A stretch of 64,000 bases of DNA, taken from Candidatus Obscuribacterales bacterium (GTDB lineage: Bacteria > Cyanobacteriota > Vampirovibrionia > Obscuribacterales > Obscuribacteraceae). The translations under genes were made by a program, and so were the position numbers. The stretch is from the NCBI GenBank assembly GCA_965228855.1, contig CBDDIJ010000005.1, forward strand, positions 1,312,001 to 1,376,000, written 5' to 3'. This document shows, in pieces, positions 38,791-48,178 of the stretch. Positions within the stretch are counted from its first letter, which is position 1. Every line of letters starts with the position of its first letter. The notes under the pieces are model-generated. The model was not told the origin of the DNA and ran no database searches. It was given only the letters and a program-made list of their open reading frames with translations.

Positions 38791-40829
38791 CAGTCTCTCT
38801 TACGGCTTCTCGACAGAACGATCGGGAAGGTTCCCTCTCTTGCTTCGTTTTTCGCGGTCCGGGCAGCTTCAATCAAGCTCAGCACATCATCACCATCAGA
38901 CGGCAGCCCGGCAACACCGAATGACAGCAAGAGGTTTCGCCGGTCAACATCCGGCGCCAGTGGTGTGGTAGTCAGCGCATCGAGAATTCTGTTGGCGACG
39001 AATGCAGCCTGTGACGGTCTGGTATTCGGCAGCAGGAGACCATATTCGGTGCTTTCGAAGTGACCGAGGCTATCGAGCGGGCGCTTAACAAGTTCGATTC
39101 TTAGAGCCGCAGCGTTGATCACATGCGGTGGCAGAGCATCCGCTCCAAAACCCATATCAGCGCGGCGCTTGTTCATCTCGAACATGATGAATGACAGCGG
39201 CCAGCTGTAAGCCTCGAAGCGATAATACTCGTATTCCATGTAGTAAAGCATCGCTTCCCACGAGAGTATGCCCGTGTCCGGTCTGATAAAGTTGTACCGA
39301 AGCGCTTGAACAGTCTGTTTTCCCTCACCCAGGAAGTCGAGCGCACCGCCCCTGGCGGATGCAGGCTCTTTGATGTCCATAATCCCGCAGTAAAGGAAAT
39401 TGAACAAAAGCGGCGCCCACTGCGCCATATCCATAGGTCTGTCTCGCAGCAGATCTGTGAAAGTGCGCTTCTTCTTGAGCATTTCATAGATTTGCTTCTG
39501 CCATTCAAAATCGAGAGGATGTCCTTTTGACAGCATAAGCTTGAGTTCGGTGTCGCCAAGATTCTTCTGCTTGAGGACGAGCTGTGATTCATAAACCAGC
39601 CCTGCCGCTTCGAGATGTCTAAGCTGTTCCAGCAAAGCGGTACCTTCCATGATCGAGACCTGCAGGCTCTTTTCACAGGAAGTCATATCCGTAACTTTTT
39701 TAGGATGAAACTTATAATCGCCTTTGCGCCAGGTGACGACTTCTTTGATTGCCGCATCACCGCGAGAAGCACCCGCCTGAGCGTGCTTGGGAGTTCCATC
39801 CACGAAGTAAACCTGCGCTATCGAAGCGTCAGAAATAACTTCGAGCATTCCGGTCACTTTATTCATTCCAATATTCGTGAGCACATCGGCAATCTTCGTC
39901 TTTCGAAGATTCCCTTCCAATGCCGCGACAGGAGCCTTACCAGCCCCTCCGGGAACCGCCGGGTTGTCCGAATAGAAGTCCGCGGGCAAACTGCCTTCGG
40001 GCAAGCCTGATAGTGATGACTGTTTAGGAAAAGTGTCTTCGACACCACCGCCTGCGCCACTGATCACGGGAGTGCCGCGATAATTAATATCGCCCGCTCC
40101 CGGTACTATCCTGTTGGTGCCGGTGGTTCCGAGAGCTTGATGACTTCCGGTTCTCCGCGGATTCTGAATTGTCTGATATCCGCCGGTCGACTTTAACGCT
40201 GGCGGTATCGCGCCTCCGCCCGGATCCATACCACCGTACTGCCCGGACTGCTGATATTGACCTGATTGTGTGTACTGACTGTATTGACCCGACTGCTGAA
40301 AAGGTGACTGCGAGCCGGTCATCTGCTGCTGATTGGCGTTAGGGTAGTTTCCTGCCTGCGGATTGTTTCGCGGAGGAATTGACCGTTCGACGTTAACCGG
40401 CGGAAAGTTTCCAGTGCCGCTGACCGGCGGAAAACTACCAGTTCCACCCGATGGAGCAAAGCCGCCTGTGGCACCACCCGCGCTTGCACCTGTTTGGGTT
40501 TCAAGCATCATGACCACGTCCATAATCAGGTTCAAATCGCTGGTTTCGAATTTGCTTACCAGCTTGGATTGGCGCCCATCATCTTCCCAGAGATTCCACA
40601 ACGGATGGGGCGTAACTTTATCGAACTTGATCAGCAAACAATATGTCTTATAAGTCCCGGGCACCGACCACATAAGCTCAACTTCCTGGGGGCGATTTAC
40701 CTGAGCCTGCTCATACAGATTCTTCAGAGCATTCATGTCAGGGAAGACTGCCTGTTTGGGCAGCCTTATCTTGCCTGGTTGTTGTGATTGCTTGCCTCTA
40801 CCGAACATTTGGGTCTTATGTGGCTCCAC
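38790..40829 (-). CDS. DUF4388 (PATAN-like) plus degenerate GGDEF domain protein
   Basis: LEGNLRKTKIADVL...TGMLEV...VYFVDG...WRKGDYKF; C-terminal DTGIL...PLSFIMF...RPLDSLGHFESTEYGLLLP...LSFGVA; TGATG overlap with the next gene. Confidence 0.82.
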   Translation of the reverse strand: MEPHKTQMFGRGKQSQQPGKIRLPKQAVFPDMNALKNLYEQAQVNRPQEVELMWSVPGTYKTYCLLIKFDKVTPHPLWNLWEDDGRQSKLVSKFETSDLNLIMDVVMMLETQTGASAGGATGGFAPSGGTGSFPPVSGTGNFPPVNVERSIPPRNNPQAGNYPNANQQQMTGSQSPFQQSGQYSQYTQSGQYQQSGQYGGMDPGGGAIPPALKSTGGYQTIQNPRRTGSHQALGTTGTNRIVPGAGDINYRGTPVISGAGGGVEDTFPKQSSLSGLPEGSLPADFYSDNPAVPGGAGKAPVAALEGNLRKTKIADVLTNIGMNKVTGMLEVISDASIAQVYFVDGTPKHAQAGASRGDAAIKEVVTWRKGDYKFHPKKVTDMTSCEKSLQVSIMEGTALLEQLRHLEAAGLVYESQLVLKQKNLGDTELKLMLSKGHPLDFEWQKQIYEMLKKKRTFTDLLRDRPMDMAQWAPLLFNFLYCGIMDIKEPASARGGALDFLGEGKQTVQALRYNFIRPDTGILSWEAMLYYMEYEYYRFEAYSWPLSFIMFEMNKRRADMGFGADALPPHVINAAALRIELVKRPLDSLGHFESTEYGLLLPNTRPSQAAFVANRILDALTTTPLAPDVDRRNLLLSFGVAGLPSDGDDVLSLIEAARTAKNEAREGTFPIVLSRSRKRD

Positions 40830-41128
40830 GGCTTGTTTTACCGCTCGCCGTCATCTCGCGCATAGTAAGTAGCTGTATTAGATAAACCCAGGACTCTTTT
40901 CCATAAAACAGTAAAGCTCTCCTAAGTTTATTTGACCGAGCCAAATTAGCATAATAGCAAAGGGCAAATCGGACAACTTTTTACCGATTTACATTCCATT
41001 TCGTGACAATAAAAGACGCTCGTGGCTTTGGACGGAAACCTAATTACGCTACCCCTAAATTCACAGAAGATCGGACGGACCTGGTAAAGCACCGTCCGTA
41101 GTATCACATTCGATTTACTGCAGCCGAT

Positions 41129-41857
41129 TTATTGGCTGATTGAACTGACACTGGAGTTGAACGGCATCAATTCAGAACCGGGCCCAGTAAGCTTTAGAAA
41201 CCCCTCGGCTACGACCAGATCAGCCTTAGATTCGACAATGAGCGATCGTTCCGGTGCAAGTAAAAATGCGTGCGTATCTTCGGTCAGAAAGGTACCATGA
41301 GTTTGCACATACCCGACTGCGGATGCTGACATAGCGCTGCTCGTAGTATAAATGCGCGTATTCGGAGGTACTGGATCTTGATTGCCAAAAACTTTTCGCA
41401 TCTTGCGGCTCGTGTCCAGAACTACCAGGGATGCGGGACTTAAGCGGGTTTCCGAAACGGTGACAACAGGAGTACCATGATTTCGCAGGGAAACTTCAAG
41501 AACGCCGTCCAGGTCAGAGCCCAATATGAGCGGTGCTCCGGCGTCGATCACCGCGACCATATCATACTTCGCAAACTCACGCAGAGCAACAGCAGTAGCT
41601 AACGACGCCCTATCCATGCCGTTTTCCTTCGCCGGCGGAACTGCTATTACCGTTGCACCGATAACTTGAGAATAGCTTCTCACCTCATTGTCATCAGTCA
41701 CTACTATGATTCTGTCAACCGAGCGAGAATTTTTAGCAGTACTCACAGACCATGCGAAAAGCGGCTTTCCGCCGAGCATTCGCGAATCTCGACGCGCCAA
41801 AGTTTTACAACCGCCTATCGCGGACACTACAGCCAAAACGCTTTTACTATTTATCAC
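41129..41857 (-). CDS. Acylneuraminate cytidylyltransferase (NeuA/PseF)-like protein with degenerate active site
   Basis: LGGKPLFAWSVSTA...DRIIVVTDD fold signature; canonical catalytic motifs altered. Confidence 0.75.
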   Translation of the reverse strand: MINSKSVLAVVSAIGGCKTLARRDSRMLGGKPLFAWSVSTAKNSRSVDRIIVVTDDNEVRSYSQVIGATVIAVPPAKENGMDRASLATAVALREFAKYDMVAVIDAGAPLILGSDLDGVLEVSLRNHGTPVVTVSETRLSPASLVVLDTSRKMRKVFGNQDPVPPNTRIYTTSSAMSASAVGYVQTHGTFLTEDTHAFLLAPERSLIVESKADLVVAEGFLKLTGPGSELMPFNSSVSSISQ

Positions 41858-42023
41858 TGAAACTCTCTTGTGACACGCGCAAGCCGCGCCAATAGTTTTG
41901 GTTGCTTAAATCAACGCGTATATAAAAATATCACCAGATCGACGGAATTGTTCTTAAAAACAGCGTAACCAAGAGGAAAAAACTTTCGCGAGGGTATACC
42001 GAAAATAGACAAGGGGCATTTTA

Positions 42024-44099
42024 GTGACGAAAGCCAACGATACTCCGACACCTCCGTTGAGCGATCCGCTGGCTGTGTTTGCCGGGAACGCTGAGGAAGA
42101 AATCACTTCCATAGCCGATCGATATACCATCTTATGCAAACTCGGTCAGGGCGGAATGGGACGAGTTTTCAAAGCGCACGACAAAATCCTTGATCGCGAT
42201 GTGGCCGTGAAACTACTAAATCGCGAGCTGTGTGACAACCACTTCGTACTGCGGTTTCAACAGGAGGCACGCGCCGCAAGCCAGTTGAAACATCCGTCTA
42301 TTCTTTGCGTTCTCGATTTTGGATTACTTTCCTCCAGACAACCATACATGGTGATGGAGTGGGTGAATGGAGAATCGCTTCAGCAGCGCATCGAGCGCGA
42401 ACACGGACTGAACGTCGCAGACGCGCTCATGATCACCCTGCAAATAGCCGAAGGCATGAATCATGCGCATCAGAAAGGCATAATTCATCGAGATTTAAAA
42501 CCAGGAAATATCATGCTGGCGAAAACAGACTTGGGTGATAAAGCTTTGATCTTGGATTTCGGCATTGCCAAGATCCAAGACGATCGCAAGGAAGGCATGC
42601 TTACTCTGACAGGACAAATTATAGGCAGCCCTCCATGCATGAGTCCCGAACAAGCGAGAGGAGAGCAGCTTGATTCGCGCACCGATGTTTATTCACTGGG
42701 CTGCATACTCTATTGGATGTTAACGGGCCAACCTCCATACGAGGGAGACAGTGCTCTGGCTACGATAAACATGCACCTATCGGAGCCCATTCCATCTGCC
42801 TCGGCAAACACCGCGGCAAATCTTCCAGATGAAATCGACAACATCATCAACAAGATGCTGGCCAAGGAAAAATTTGAAAGATACGCCAGCATGACAGACG
42901 TCAAACACGCGATAGAAGCCATTGATTTTGAACCTTTTCAATCCTCGCTTGCAGCGAATCCAATCGAAGTTGCGGTGGAAGAGAGTAGAACCATATTTGG
43001 TATCAAACAGACCTGGCTATTTGGAATATCAGCATGCATGATTGTAATTGTTGCTCTGGCGATCGGAGTGCAAATTCTTCAGGAAAGAGACAGGGCCGGC
43101 AAGACAATTAAAAAATCAGCTCAGGTCCGGCACCTGGACAACAACTCCAGCGTGATCAATCTTGTACCGGCAAATTTCGTAGATCAGACAATAGACATAG
43201 AGTACGAGAAGGCCAGAGGGCTAAAACCCAAAGACTATTTCACCCTGACGGTAAACTCGACAGCCGAGGACCTCAAGCAAAGCCTGCTTGAAAAACCCGA
43301 CGCCTTTCATATCAGAGTGTATGAGACAACAATAACTCCAGCGATTGTCAGTCAGCTCGAGGATACAGATCGCATAACGCAACTGCGGTTTCAGCATGCA
43401 ATCATTCCTTCCGATTTGCAACAACGAATTTGCTCGCTTGAACAACTCACAGAGCTCAAATTCGTTGAACAAAATCTATCGACCGATGCACTAGGTCATT
43501 TAAAGAACATTCCAGGCCTGGTCAATTTGCAAATCTACAGATGTAACTTGCAGGACCATGATCTCAGCGATGTAATTGCCTGCAAACACTTGAACGTTCT
43601 GCATTTGAACGGTAACAAAGACCTCTCATACGCGGAGCGAAAAAATATCGCTAAGCTGAAGCACCTCACCAGTCTTTATATGGAAGAAACCTCTCTCCAG
43701 GATCAGGATATCAATTGGATTTCAACGATAAAGACGCTCAAGGCTCTTGGTTTGAAAGGGAATGGCCCGTTCACTTCTGCTGCACTACGAAAGCTCAAAG
43801 CGCTGAACGGGCTGGAAGAACTCAGACTTCAAGATACCTCATTAGATGCGAGGAAGATGAAAGTTCTATCCGAAATCGAATCTCTGAATCTGCTGGAGGT
43901 TTCGAATAATCCCAAGGTCACTCCAGCATGTATTCAGTTTTTTAGAAACCGTCCTCGACTGAAAATTGTTGTGGGAGAAACAGCAATAAGCCTGGCTGAC
44001 ATGGAAAAACTGGGGGAAGAACTTAATGTGTCCTTGCTAATATCGGGAAGGGCGGACGTCTTCAGCAGGGCGTCAAGCTTACTATCACCAGGGAAGTAA
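42024..44099 (+). CDS. Ser/Thr kinase with single TM and C-terminal leucine-rich repeats
   Basis: LGQGGMG, HRDLKPGN, DFG, MSPEQ; TM LFGISACMIVIVALAIGV; LxxLxL repeats (LKHLTSLYM, LKALGLKGN, LEELRLQDT). Confidence 0.92.
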   Translation: MTKANDTPTPPLSDPLAVFAGNAEEEITSIADRYTILCKLGQGGMGRVFKAHDKILDRDVAVKLLNRELCDNHFVLRFQQEARAASQLKHPSILCVLDFGLLSSRQPYMVMEWVNGESLQQRIEREHGLNVADALMITLQIAEGMNHAHQKGIIHRDLKPGNIMLAKTDLGDKALILDFGIAKIQDDRKEGMLTLTGQIIGSPPCMSPEQARGEQLDSRTDVYSLGCILYWMLTGQPPYEGDSALATINMHLSEPIPSASANTAANLPDEIDNIINKMLAKEKFERYASMTDVKHAIEAIDFEPFQSSLAANPIEVAVEESRTIFGIKQTWLFGISACMIVIVALAIGVQILQERDRAGKTIKKSAQVRHLDNNSSVINLVPANFVDQTIDIEYEKARGLKPKDYFTLTVNSTAEDLKQSLLEKPDAFHIRVYETTITPAIVSQLEDTDRITQLRFQHAIIPSDLQQRICSLEQLTELKFVEQNLSTDALGHLKNIPGLVNLQIYRCNLQDHDLSDVIACKHLNVLHLNGNKDLSYAERKNIAKLKHLTSLYMEETSLQDQDINWISTIKTLKALGLKGNGPFTSAALRKLKALNGLEELRLQDTSLDARKMKVLSEIESLNLLEVSNNPKVTPACIQFFRNRPRLKIVVGETAISLADMEKLGEELNVSLLISGRADVFSRASSLLSPGK

Positions 44100-44151
44100 A
44101 ATAGTTTTTCAGGCCGAGGTCGATGTGTCGCGGTAGAGTTGAACAGAAACG

Positions 44152-44775
44152 GTGTTGTTAGTTACCTTCGGAAATAACCGCGATAAAATGCATTTCGGCA
44201 AGCCCTCCGGACCCATGTTGATTTCTGTCATTTTGGCATTGGTCGGCGTTTTTGCAGCATTTTATGAACACACATCACTGCGTAGCACCACGCACAATCT
44301 TGCATTGACTGACCCGCCGGAGGCTCGCGAAATACCAAATTTCGAGGCTGTTTCAAGTTACCTTTACCGAGGAGCTCTGCCGACGCCATGGGGCATGGAG
44401 TGGCTGAAACAGCACGGAGTGAAGACCATCGTAGATCTTCGTGAAGCGAATACGCCACCGGTTATCGGCGAACAAATTACAGCCAGAGCGATGGGTTTCA
44501 ACTACATAAATCTGCCGGTGCGAAACTTGCCCACAAGCGACCAGCTGGTTGCGTTCAAACAAATTGTCGAGAACGCGCGCGACGGTGCTGGACCTGTATT
44601 CGTGCACTGCAACTACGGCTCGGATCGAACGGGCTTCTTTATCTTCACATGGCGTGTTGCAGGCGAAAGATGGAGATGGAGTCTCGCTCTCTGCGAGATG
44701 ATCGAACGAGGTTTCTTCTTCCATAAATTCGCTGAAAATAAAACAGCACCGCTGGCCGACCCTCGAAACTGGTAG
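44152..44775 (+). CDS. Dual-specificity/tyrosine phosphatase family protein with N-terminal TM
   Basis: NFEAVSSYLYRG, GVKTIVDLR, VFVHCNYGSDRTG (CX5R); true start may be a downstream ATG. Confidence 0.88.
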   Translation: MLLVTFGNNRDKMHFGKPSGPMLISVILALVGVFAAFYEHTSLRSTTHNLALTDPPEAREIPNFEAVSSYLYRGALPTPWGMEWLKQHGVKTIVDLREANTPPVIGEQITARAMGFNYINLPVRNLPTSDQLVAFKQIVENARDGAGPVFVHCNYGSDRTGFFIFTWRVAGERWRWSLALCEMIERGFFFHKFAENKTAPLADPRNW

Positions 44776-44788
44776 TTTAGATCGGTAT

Positions 44789-46345
44789 CTAGGAAGACGG
44801 TGAATTGTCCATCAAAACAAGTGTTTGATCGACACTCTTTCTGCCAATTTCGTTAGTTAACCAGTTTTGAAATTCGTTTAAACGCCCGATTCTTGAACCC
44901 GTGAGACGCGACATAATATTCGCAGCCTTCAGCGTCATCTTTGCCGTGAATAAACCTGGGCGCTTCTTCAGTAGCTTCCACCAATAGATAATTCGGAAAC
45001 GATAAGAAAAGCGGTAGAGCGTATCGAAAACCATGGTATCAAAAGTCTTCATCATATAAAGCGCATCGTATACAACCGCATTCGGTGCCTTTTTGTAGAC
45101 GATGGACTTCTGACTTGCTTCGAAACGTTGCTCCGCAAGCTCATAAAGCTCGGCTGTCTGACGTGCGATTTCCATCCGTTGAAAATGTTCTAAAGTTCTT
45201 TCTCTGGCTTTCTTCGCCATTCGCTCTCGCAGCGCCGGATCATCAACCAAACGGAGAATAGCTTGGGCGATAGCATCCGAATCTTTGGGCTCGACAATGA
45301 TGCCGGACTCTTCAGCAGAAAGATACTCCTTCGTACCACCACCGGTAGTACCAATGACAGGCCGCCCGCAAGACATCGCTTCCAGACAGGTGTAAGGCGA
45401 GTTGTCGTAAACCGAGGGGACAACACAAATATCGGCGGAGCGATAGTATCCGGGAAGATCATTTAGCGGTACGCGGTTTATAAACTGGAAATATGCGCCG
45501 GTACCATCACGTTCAATTGTCGCTTTGAGTTTATCGAGTTCGGAACTCTGCCCTTTAGCGTTTTTGGTGTCATCGCCGATTATCACGAACTCGACGTTCT
45601 TATTTTTCGCGACAATTTTTGGAACAGCGTCGACTAAATACTGAATTCCTTTGCGCTCCTCCAGCCGGCCGACAAAAAGAATTCGAGTCTTTTCCGTGCC
45701 TGGAAGCAGCTTTTCACCGTCCGGTGTAAAAACATTCGGGTCGATAGGATTGCGAACGATTTTGATTTCCTCAGCATCGATATGCAGATCATTTGCCACC
45801 CAATCCCGGAGATCAAGACTGGGAGAGGTTATAACATCTGCTGAAGTCATAGCCACTCGCTCAAGCGCGGCGATAAACTCATGATCGAATGTTGGAGTTA
45901 CGTTGTGCAGTCGTTCTGCGATAAATTTAGAATGCGGAGTGTAGAGCCTGATGACCAGCGGACATACCCGAGTGAGCGCCTGGAAAAATCCTTCCGACAG
46001 AAGTTCCGGGGTATCGACGACATCAAACGGCTTCGCCAGATGTAGCTCCAAAAACTTGCGCCACATCGAGATAGACGCAGACAAAACGTAGTGACTATAA
46101 GGTATGCAAGCGTTCATCGAATCGAAATTTCTTTCAATCCATGTGAGACTGACGCGATGGATGCTGATACCCTCATCATCAATAACTTTGTCCACGTCTT
46201 TCGAGAGCGATACAACCACTACGTCATGACCGATCTCTTCCAGTCCATGGGCAAGGTGACGAGTAAATGTGGCGATTCCACCGAAACCTGTTTCGGGTGG
46301 ATATTCACGGGATATGAGACAGACTCGCAATTTTCGGGAGGTCAT
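44789..46345 (-). CDS. GT4 glycosyltransferase
   Basis: SREYPPETGFGGIATF, FVGRLEERKG, VPSVYDNSPYTCLEAMSCGRPVI. Confidence 0.92.
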   Translation of the reverse strand: MTSRKLRVCLISREYPPETGFGGIATFTRHLAHGLEEIGHDVVVVSLSKDVDKVIDDEGISIHRVSLTWIERNFDSMNACIPYSHYVLSASISMWRKFLELHLAKPFDVVDTPELLSEGFFQALTRVCPLVIRLYTPHSKFIAERLHNVTPTFDHEFIAALERVAMTSADVITSPSLDLRDWVANDLHIDAEEIKIVRNPIDPNVFTPDGEKLLPGTEKTRILFVGRLEERKGIQYLVDAVPKIVAKNKNVEFVIIGDDTKNAKGQSSELDKLKATIERDGTGAYFQFINRVPLNDLPGYYRSADICVVPSVYDNSPYTCLEAMSCGRPVIGTTGGGTKEYLSAEESGIIVEPKDSDAIAQAILRLVDDPALRERMAKKARERTLEHFQRMEIARQTAELYELAEQRFEASQKSIVYKKAPNAVVYDALYMMKTFDTMVFDTLYRFSYRFRIIYWWKLLKKRPGLFTAKMTLKAANIMSRLTGSRIGRLNEFQNWLTNEIGRKSVDQTLVLMDNSPSS

Positions 46346-46488
46346 AGGTCAATCTTAATACCTGAGCGCGAGGTGGAACTTAGTAGGCGCTTATCTGCAG
46401 CTCTGGAGACTCCGCGAAACGCCGCGCCAGGACTCATTTGCGAATTCTTCGTTTCCCTTAATGGCAAAAGAGGCGCTTACTTCAGAAG

Positions 46489-47901
46489 CTATTTGCCGGC
46501 AGTGAGCCCGACCTTGCGACCGTGCTTCTCGAAAGCCTTGCCGTAGAGAGACTCCAGCTCATCCACCATAATCGAGATTGTGCGCTGCGGACCAATCGCT
46601 TCGCGAAAGCCTTCCAGTACTCGCCGGTCATCAAGCAATTTGCGCAACTGTGCGGCCAGATCTTCATGGTCGTTGAGTTTGAAAAGCAAACCGTTTTTAC
46701 CATGATCGATGAGTTCCGACATGCCCCCGAGGTCTGTTGCGATCATCGGGGTTTTGGTGGTAAGTGCGGACTGCATAACCAGCGGCGTATTCTCGTACCA
46801 GCGAGAGGGTACAACCATCACGTCGATTTCTGAAAGTACTTTTCCGAAGTCATCGTTGTGAAAGGTCTCCAGAAATTGCACCGAATCACGAGTAAGCGGG
46901 TCAGACTTTGCCAATGCAATCAAAGTATCAGCGTACTCGGCAAATTGTTTGGTGCTTCCGTAGATTTTCAACAGAGCTTTCTCGGGCGCTTTGAGAAGCT
47001 GAAAAGCTCTTATAAGGATGTCGACACCCTTATGCTCGAAAAGTGTGCCTATGTATCCAATACGCAACACATCAGACGCGGGTTTATCGCACCAGTCAAG
47101 GAGTTTAGCGGTATCGATTCCGAATGGCACATGATAAATTAGCTCGTCGTTGATTCCGTTTTGAGCAAACAAACGCTTCATCAACATGGTAGGAACGGTA
47201 ATCGCGTCTACTGTATTGGCAATTTTACTGAGAGCTTCCGGTCGACAAGCTGTAGCTTTCAGTGCCTGCGGGTACTTGGAAGCAAGATAACCATAGTAGA
47301 GAACTCGTGACCCGAGCTTTCCGGAGGCTCGAGCTAGAGCGGGAAAACGCTTGTCTATAGCCTCAATAAATTCGCTCTCGGGAGGCATGAGTTCAGGAGT
47401 GTAGCAGGTGAAACAGTTACGAGCTCCCGGTCCGGGACCCTCACAAACAGCACCGCTCGGTCGCTTCAGCTGCACGACCGGACAGATCCACCAGAAATCC
47501 GTCGGCGATAAAATCACTGGCAGATCGCGGGACTTTGCCTCCTCTATCACGCTGGCGGAGAGGTTTTGCGCGTGCATAACGTGAACGATGTCGGGTCGAA
47601 ATTCATCGATCAGTTCACCGAAACGCTCACGCATATGAGGATGCTGGTACTCGAATGAAAACTTGTAGTCCTTTAAGCGCAGCGATTCTTCCAGACTTAT
47701 TACACTTACGCCCTCGTAAGTATAGCGACGTTCAGTCTCGCCCGGGCGTCTTCTGGCGTCGACGTCAGGGGGGTTGGCGGTAACAACGAGCACTTCATGC
47801 CCACGTCGAATTAGATCCTGAGCTATTTTCAGCGTGAGCACTTCTGTTCCGGCGCGATGCTCCGGAAAGAATTTATGCACTGTCATTAGTACTCGAGTCA
47901 C
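46489..47901 (-). CDS. GT4 glycosyltransferase with Cys-rich insert
   Basis: FFPEHRAGTE, DFWWICP...C..C, YIGTLFEHKG, PSRWYENTPLV. Confidence 0.92.
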   Translation of the reverse strand: MTRVLMTVHKFFPEHRAGTEVLTLKIAQDLIRRGHEVLVVTANPPDVDARRRPGETERRYTYEGVSVISLEESLRLKDYKFSFEYQHPHMRERFGELIDEFRPDIVHVMHAQNLSASVIEEAKSRDLPVILSPTDFWWICPVVQLKRPSGAVCEGPGPGARNCFTCYTPELMPPESEFIEAIDKRFPALARASGKLGSRVLYYGYLASKYPQALKATACRPEALSKIANTVDAITVPTMLMKRLFAQNGINDELIYHVPFGIDTAKLLDWCDKPASDVLRIGYIGTLFEHKGVDILIRAFQLLKAPEKALLKIYGSTKQFAEYADTLIALAKSDPLTRDSVQFLETFHNDDFGKVLSEIDVMVVPSRWYENTPLVMQSALTTKTPMIATDLGGMSELIDHGKNGLLFKLNDHEDLAAQLRKLLDDRRVLEGFREAIGPQRTISIMVDELESLYGKAFEKHGRKVGLTAGK

Positions 47902-48178
47902 GATGGCGGGCGTTTAAAACTGGCGCGGCAGAACGAAATCGGTTGTTTACTAGACGATAGAATGATACACAAGATCGACAGAGTCTCTCCGCGCAGCCTA
48001 TTTAGAATCAGCAAAATCTTAACTTCGAGCTCCGAAACACTGAATCTCTACGAGACCTGAGCTATACGGAGATCGTAACTTGTTCCGTCAGTCGACCTGC
48101 GCCCGCGCCTCAGCACCATATTTGATACCAGTAGCAATAAATTGCTTTTGAAACGCGGACACGGTTTCAAAACTAAAC

